Source of the DNA: Epithemia pelagica
Lineage: Eukaryota > Protista > Bacillariophyta
Assembly (NCBI GenBank): GCA_946965045.2
Contig: OX337236.1
Coordinates: 1,116,001 to 1,180,000 of the forward strand
Direction of reading: 5' to 3'
Length of the DNA: 64,000 nucleotides
In this document: piece after piece, positions 56,253-64,000 of the stretch
How positions within the stretch are numbered: the stretch's first letter is position 1
Layout of the letters: each line of letters begins with the position of its first letter
Program-made: the position numbers and the translations under genes
The notes under the pieces: model-generated
Told to the model about the DNA's origin: nothing
Database searches by the model: none
Seen by the model: the letters and a program-made list of their open reading frames with translations, nothing else

Positions 56253-59200
56253 GGTTATAGAGCCCAAAGAGGCTGACGAACCGTACGCCTCCTCTATCGT
56301 ATTGCCGACAAGACCGACGGACCGAACCAACCTCTCTTCAGTGTGAATTATTGTATTCATCAGGAAGGGAACGACAAATCTCCATTGCTACGTGGTTATC
56401 GACCCACTAGCATCCAACCAAGCGCGCCGGAAGCCATCAAGGCTCCAACCAAGGTACCAACACGAGCGACGAGGACTCACCAACTTCCAGTGGTGCAGGA
56501 AGCTTCGACCTCGTGTCCATACCAGGTGACGAAGACACCGTATCCAGTACCGTTGATCTTCCAACACCTATAGCCAATCTGACGAACGAAGACGCCCTTG
56601 TTGACGAACAAGGACAGAGTATTGCTGCTTCGGAATCGCAGATTGTTGAGTCTCCACCAGGTCCATCTAACAACGACACCCAACATCAGGGTTTGATTGT
56701 TGCATCTCAACGACAAAGAAGGAAGACCACCATGAGTGACGAGACTCCTACTCCTCCACCCGGTATCGATTACCGCCCCGACCCGCCGAAGATTGGCGGA
56801 CTGGTCCGAAGCAAGAAGGACGAATGGGTGGCCTGGACTGGAGGAAAACCCACGTACAAGTGGGATGGGTTAGAGGTAAAGGCGACAGAACCACTGCGAA
56901 CGATGCAGATACGTACCCTGACAGACAAGAAATACTACGATCGTATCTCCGGGCCTGACGAAAAGTACAGCAAGAAGACTGGTGATTTTAGCCGTCTCCA
57001 GGATGAAATCAAGCAGCACTTGATTAAACACGGCATGGACTCGATCGCATACCTCCCCAATCCTCATGATCCCAAAGACATGTTGTTCATTGTAATCGAG
57101 CACCCAAAATATACGATGAGCAAGGTGAAGGAATTGATGAAGACGCAGATTGTGAGTTATGACAAGTACGACAGAAACAACGACGTCAGTGCCCAGGACT
57201 ACTTACTGGACTGTTTGGAAAAGTCCTTTAGGCACGAAGTTGAGGACCAGAGTCGGGAAGTGACGTGCTTCCCCGAGCTCTTCATGGTCCTTGTCACCAT
57301 CGTGACACATGATTCCCCGCAGCACTGGGAACAAGTGAAGCACGAGATGCGAGCTCTTGTGCCTCACAAGTACCCTGGCCACGATATTATGGCGTTGACT
57401 AAAGATTTTTCGGAAAAAGCGCGACCGTTGATCGCAGCTGGACAGTACGACCACACTCTGACTGGGAACCTCCTAGCTAACATCCTCAAGACTGAATGGC
57501 CTGACACGCCTAAGTTCGACCTACTTACTCTGAACAAGCGTGTCAATGACGGTATTATCCATATTCGGTTTCTAGATCGCTCTATCGGAGACAGTCATAT
57601 GAAGAAAGAGCGTCTTTTGTACACAGATGTTATCGAAGAGGCGAACAAGAAGTACCTAATCTGTGTCAAGGAAGGTGAATGGTCACCTAAACGAAGTTCT
57701 CCTGATTCTAAATCCGTCCCCTCGTCGTTCACCGCTAACAAGGCTGCCGTTTCGAGGACTAAGAAGAAACGGAATTCTATTATGACTCAAGCTAGTCTTA
57801 ATGCACTCATTCAGACACTTCGAAACCCGCCGGGTTCCAATCCGACTCCAAGCAATGGACCAAACACCCAGCCTGGCTCCAATCACCGCGACAGGAAGGG
57901 AAAGCCGATTCACAAGCGTAACAACACTCGCGTTGATCGATCGCAGGCTCACCCTTGGAAGAAGATCCCTCCTGCTCCTGGTGCACCTGAGCAGCAGACG
58001 ATCCAGGGTCAGCGGTGGTTCTGGTGTGGTGTTTGTACCCGTTGGAACACCTCTCACACCACGGCAAACCATATTGTTGGGTATAAAAAGTCTCCTGGCG
58101 ACAAGGACAAAGCAAAACCTCGGAATGCCACCCATGCAAAGAAACTTGAACTCGAAGTATCCGCTTGGCAGACCGAATTCGATCTCGACCAACTTGATCC
58201 TCCTGCCTTGCCCGTTGCTGCTTTACCCGACTGTATGTCCCTTGCCTCTGTGGATTGTTGCGAAGCTCTGATGAATGATGATGATGATTGTTGCGATTCG
58301 GTTGATTGTTCCGAAGATTCGGTTGATTGTTGCAAGGACACCGTCGACCACTACGTCTTCTTCACCATTTGGGACATGTCACCATCCGATGACAGCTCGT
58401 CCATGGACTGCAGTTCCACCAACTCTGGAAACGACGATGATGACACTGACCGGACACCGCCTATTCCGTTTGACGAATTGCGCCGCATCCTGTCACCCAA
58501 CAACAATGAACCAACCGCCACCAATCACAACGATAGCGACCACAAGGATGAACCATGCACTTGCAACACAGAAACAAAAGAAAAGAAAACAAGCACAAAT
58601 AATGAAACAGTCTCGATCTGTCGACCTCACAAGGACGATGACAGCTCCACTGAAAGTGAAGACAACGAAGATGAGTATGCTGATATGCCACCACTTGTGG
58701 CACAAAAACTCACACCAGTTGTGGCAAACAAAGACTTACCGAGTTCGGCAAGTAACAAGGAAGAAGAACAAGAAAAGAAAAAGGGAAAGTTGAGTGGATC
58801 GCATGCCAAGACACTGTACTTCGACAGGTGGGACGACATCGATATGTGGTACGGCAGTGACCACAGTCCCACAGACCAACGTACCTTCTCTAGCGTTGAA
58901 GCCAACGCAGCTGTGCACGACAAAAGCTTCGACAGCACCAAGATCAAGCAGGAGGACGAACAGGATAGTGATGAGAATGCTGGTGGTTTGGACACAACCA
59001 TGGATACACAAGAAGGATCGCTTATCAGCCATGACAACAGCAGCGACCTTACCCACCTCAAGAACCTGCAAGAAGGACTCCTGGACGACTCGAAGCCGCC
59101 AGCTCTTCGGCGACCCGAGATCTCACCGGTGACGAACCCGACGCCATTGCGCAATGACCAATTCCCGACTCCTGCCACTGAAGCTCTCGAGCAGTGGACT

Positions 59201-62200
59201 CGAGGTTTTGTACCTCGGCCACGTCCACGTGATCCACGCATCTCCATCGAGCAAGAAGCCAACACAGCAAAAAGAGACGGAATGAGGTACGAAAGGGCGC
59301 AGTACACGGTGTACGCTCTTCGACATCAAGAACCAGAACTTACCGTGGCTGTCGCCTACCAGCGAGTCAAGGACGAAGAATGGTTCGTGGGATGGTTCAT
59401 TGATGGAACCAGAATCCCGAACCATCCAAATCCAGCTCCCGTCTGGCCCGAGATGAGTGTGCACTCAACTCCTCTTCCTTGCCTTCTTCGCTCTCGAATC
59501 ATGGAGCACCGACCCATTGACCAGAAATATGATCAATTTGTCTCGTTCTTGAATCAGAGTAACGCCACGCCTTCTCCCGTGAATATTTCCGATCCACCGC
59601 CCGTCGATCTACATTCAAGAAGCGCAGCGTGTGAGACCTTGGAGAACATGGCTGATGAATCTGTCTCATCCACCTCTTTCGTCGACAACAGTCAACTTGG
59701 TGCACTGTACGTACCAACAGATACCAGCGAAACCGACGACGACTCTAGGACCAAAAAGCGCAGCGAAAATCCATTTGCAAAATACTATGCCTGTGCTGCC
59801 ATGGTGGATCTCGACGACACCACAAACTTGCAAGGAGACGATGCTGCAGAAAATGAAGCCGAACTGGCTCGCCATCCTGACACAATGGATGAGCTGATCA
59901 CAAGTGCGGCCGACCACTTATGGTTTTTGTATGCTGAGTATTCCCATGCAGCTGACCCGGGACTCAAAGATCTTTTGACTCTTCGGATTCAAAATACCCG
60001 TCGCATGATTCGCGACATGTGGTATTTTATTCTTGAGTGCGAACAAACACCAGGATCGCCCTACGAACATGCGGGATTGAGTCTCGTACATGATGTAGCC
60101 TATGAACTGACGAAATGTGGACCAATTTCACCACCGTGGTACAACTTGGATCGCCCCTGTCTTACGGTCACTCCCGATCGAGTCTCTTCTAATGACTCCA
60201 TCTCTACTGTGACTGTTGACCAAGACAGGTCCTATCCTACAGATGACCACGCGAAGGTTTATATGGCTGCCTTTGACATGTCATACACCGAGTCAACCCG
60301 CCGTGGTCGCCCTTACGTGACTCCGCCACGCGCTCCCGCGCCTGTCGACACTACTGTTGACTCAAGATCCCTGCGCCGTCACATGTTACGTGCTAGCTTC
60401 ATCACGTTGGTTGTGGTGGTACCCAGTGTCCTCTATCTTCTGCCATCACCCCAACCCTCCACCTATGCAACTACAGTCTTCACAGACGGAATGGCCTCTC
60501 TCATGTCTAGCTTTGGCTACTACTGGATGGGAACCAAGACTTTATTTTATGGACTATGGGCTTTGCTCTGGAGCGTTTTGGCCCATCCATCATGCCAACC
60601 TGCCTTCTTTTCTTGGCTTTCCTGCTGGCTTGTTGTTTTGATCTTGCTTCCCAAGACCATCTCACCCGTGACAGGCCATCCTTCTCCTTTGTTCAACTCC
60701 ACATCGACACCTTCCGTCCACCATTTCCGTGCCACTCTCCATCCGGTACCTCCGCCCTCTTCTACCTTATCATCTGGTGGATTGTGGAGTGTGGTGAGCA
60801 ATGGACTGGCCTATGCAATGAGCCGCCGTTTCCCGCTCATTTACATCCGTTTGATTGTTGGGTCGTTTTGTAAGTTGTTGCATCTGGACTCTTTTGGGTC
60901 CACTCACGCTGCTCCTCCATGTGCACCAGTCAGTACCCGTCCGAAAAGAGGGAAGAACACTGCATTCCCTTTGAATCACCCTCGTGTCAAGCAAAAGCCG
61001 TCGTTTTGATCCGTGACTTCTTCACCGGCACACAAACGAGCGCGTATGCGACAACGGATGCCGCGGCCAATCCCTCTCCGTCGTCGCGCAACTCCGTACA
61101 ACAACAACAACAACAACAACAACTCAGCACGTACCAGGTCTAATCCACCCATGGGAACCCGCAGCTCTGTGATTCCCACGAATAGCTACCAGCGCTTCCA
61201 TTACAACAACCGAACCTCGTTCACGACGCCCAATCGTCGTAACAGAAACACCGATAACCACTCACCCACTCGAAGTGAAGCCTTGAGGAGCAACCGACAG
61301 TCATCAACCCCAAGACAAGTCTTTGGTTTGACTGCATACCTTGAGGAACTCCGCTCCCTCAACGCCTTTCAAGTCTTGGGGAACACACGCAACTACGACT
61401 CATGGAGGTACATCACTCCTGCTGGCTTGGAAGCGTGCCTTCAGGATCCAATGGCCTTGAGGAGCGCAATGCCGAATGACGCGTCTTATCCCATCATCTG
61501 GGATAGTGGCGCCAGCATCTCCATCACCAACAACGAAAAAGACTTCGTGGGCAAGATCGAACCACTACCAAACTTCAAGGTGAAAGGCATTGCCAATCGC
61601 ATGAAAGCGATTGGCCGCGGAGAGGTCTTGTGGAGCATCCTTGATTCTTCTGGGAACATCCGACAACTTCGAATTCCTGCTTTCCTGGTACCCAAGACAA
61701 GTGTCAGACTGTTATCGACACAGAGTTTGCTTCAGACGTATGACGGCGAAAAGATTGTGCAAGACGGTAAAACATTGGTACTCACCGGTTTACCTGAAGA
61801 CACAACACGAACACAAGTCACTGTCGTTGTGAATCCGCAAAACAATCTCCCAATGTCGTACGGTTACAACCATGAGGAAGTAACCAAGAGTTCGCATGCT
61901 CTCAACACAATCGTCAACGAAACATCAGAACAAAACAAGAATCTTAGTGAGACACAGAAGGAACTGGTACGTTGGCATCTTCGCCTTGGGCACCTATCGT
62001 TTCGTCGAATCCAGTTCATTATGAGAACTGGAATTCTCGCAAAAACTGAGCAACAGCGTCGTTTGCACACAAAAGCAGCATCACTCACCGACTTACCTCT
62101 TTGTGCAGCGTGTCAATATGGAAAACAAAAGAGACGTCCATCACCTGGAACCTTGAGTTCCATTGTAAAAGACAGACGGGGAATAACAAAAGCCGGAAAT

Positions 62201-64000
62201 CTTTACCCTGGTCAGTGTGTAAGCGTAGATCACTTTGTATGCTCCACTAAAGGACGCTTATTTACATCCCGAGACAAGTCAAAATCTTCCGACCTGTACA
62301 TGGGCGGCGCAATCTTTGTAGACCACGCTTCGGGGTACACCTGGATTGGGTTCCAGAGTCATCTAAACACCCATGAGACCCTACAAGTAAAAGACTCATT
62401 CGAACTTTTCTGTAGAGATGTGGGAGTTGTGCCCCTACAGTACCTAACTGACAATGGCTCTGCCTTTACATCGGCTAAATATACGGAGTCCCTACAAAAT
62501 TTTGCACAAACTTATCGATTTGCGGGAGTTGGGGCACATCACCATGCCGGTATAGCCGAACGTGCAATACAAACCATTATGTCTATAGCAAGAACGATGA
62601 TGCTACACGCGGCCATACAATGGCCCGAAATGGCTGATCCTTCTCTATGGCCAATGGCAGTCGCACATGCAACTTTCTTAAGTAACCATGTCCCAAGCCT
62701 CGACACGGGCATAAGTCCCCATGACTTGTTTACACGAACAAGATGGGAGCAACGGAAATTCCATGACTTACATGTGTGGGGTTGTCCCGTCTATGTATTG
62801 GACAAAGCCATGGCTGACGGTAAGAAGCTTCCACGATGGAAGCCCCGCTCCACGCGAGGAATTCTCATGGGCCTAAGTACCCGTCATGCTACAACTGTAC
62901 CACTGGTACTCAACCCCAATACGGGGTATATTACCCCTCAATTCCACGTTGTCTTCGACGACTGGTTTAGTACAATTGCCACATCCGTTGAAGACCTTCC
63001 TGACCTTACCAGTCACGAATGGGACCGACTTTTTGGTGACTCACACTACCAATACATTGAGGACGATGATGATCTCGACTATGAGTCTCCAGCTCCACAT
63101 GATGTTCTACATCATTCCGACTTTGGCAACAAACAGACCACTGTAACTCGATCTATTGAGACTCACGACCCCCCTTCCGTCCTCCCTAGTCATTCTAACT
63201 CTCCTGGTATCTACCCTCTTAATACTTCTGGCTCTGCTTTAGGCGAGAAACCGGTGCCGTTGTCAGAGGGAGTAACCCCTCTTTCTCCATCGACGCCCCT
63301 TTCTCAGAGGGAAACAGTCCGTACCACTCCTACCAAACTACCTACTATCGCAGAGCAACCTTCTCCTATGACCCCTTCTTTGCCTGCACCCCCTTCTTTC
63401 GAGCCATCCACTCCTCAGAGGGAGCAACCACATTCGCCTCGCATCCCTACTCCAGCTCCTACACCTGGTCCAACTATGGTGTCTAGGCGTTCCGGACGAA
63501 CTATTCGACCGCCCAAACGCTATGTGCAAGACCTATGTAGTTTCCCAGCCTCTGTCCAGTCTAGTGACCTTCTCTCCATGATGAAAGCTTCCTTATCAGA
63601 TCCTGACACCCTCAGTTATGATGAAGCTATGCGAGATAAGGATCTCACCAAGTGGCAGGCTGTAGCCAGCAAAGAAATCCGAGAACTAGAAGAAAAGGGA
63701 ACATGGGTAGAGGTGCAGCAGAGTGAAGCAACTACGCGAATTTTACCCGGTACCTGGGTGTTTAAACGCAAAAGAACCCCTGACGGAGAAATTTCCAAGT
63801 TCAAAGCACGATATTGCGTTCGCGGTGACCTCCAGGAGTCAGAGCAAGAGAACTATTCCCCTGTAGTCAACTGGAGTACTATTCGCATTGTACTCACCCT
63901 CAGTCTGATTCTAGGATGGGAACTTGCATGCATTGACTTCAATAATGCTTTCGTGCAAGCCACTTTGAATGAACCCGTATGGATCCATCTGCCTAGAGGA
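56253..64000 (+). mobile_element. Ty1/copia retrotransposon C, same lineage as A, running off the window end
   Basis: PBS-like GGTTATAGAGCCC (56253-56265), gag WVAWTGGKP, then PR, IN and RT in copia order. Confidence 0.93.
56732..64000 (+). CDS. Copia C gag-pol, single frame with one in-frame TGA at 61007-61009; 3'-partial
   Basis: Frame +2 throughout; WCGVCTRWNTSHTTANH, IIWDSGAS, RWHLRLGHLSF...CAACQYGK, SVDHF/LTDNG/IAERAI, KARYCVRGD, IDFNNAFVQ. The ORF track lists no stop-terminated ORF in this frame after 61009, consistent with it staying open. Confidence 0.9.

Overview
Eukaryotic nuclear DNA, most likely a diatom (diatom-type Ty1/copia elements, an Ambal-like APE-RT-RNaseH LINE, a bipartite plastid-targeting presequence, short GT-AG introns). 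Bases 1.6-28.3 kb are a nested transposon stack: a + strand copia element (A, 504/505-bp LTRs with non-canonical AG...TA ends, 5-bp TSD CCGCC) splits a secreted M14 carboxypeptidase gene, and its gag is itself interrupted by a - strand copia (B, 787-bp TG...CA LTRs, TSD ATGGC) and a 9-kb LINE (15-bp TSD). 30-37.7 kb is a mosaic of duplicated fragments, a small hAT derivative, pseudogene pieces, two tRNA-Leu pseudocopies and one intact intron-containing tRNA-Leu(AAG). 38-52 kb holds host genes (plastid Zn-ribbon/RRM protein, crotonase, DUF1664, peptide:N-glycanase, 3'-5' exonuclease fused to a Ycf45/SpoIIIAA ATPase) and a MULE-like MITE. A third copia (C) runs from about 56.2 kb off the end. 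Best candidate for a hidden system: at 47988-48986 (-), an ORF the track truncates at both ends reads through two in-frame TGA codons into a 332-aa thioredoxin-fold (UxxC) plus complete hemerythrin protein, i.e. a probable two-selenocysteine selenoprotein, with SECIS-like hairpins downstream. All family assignments are from motif recognition by eye; no searches were run.
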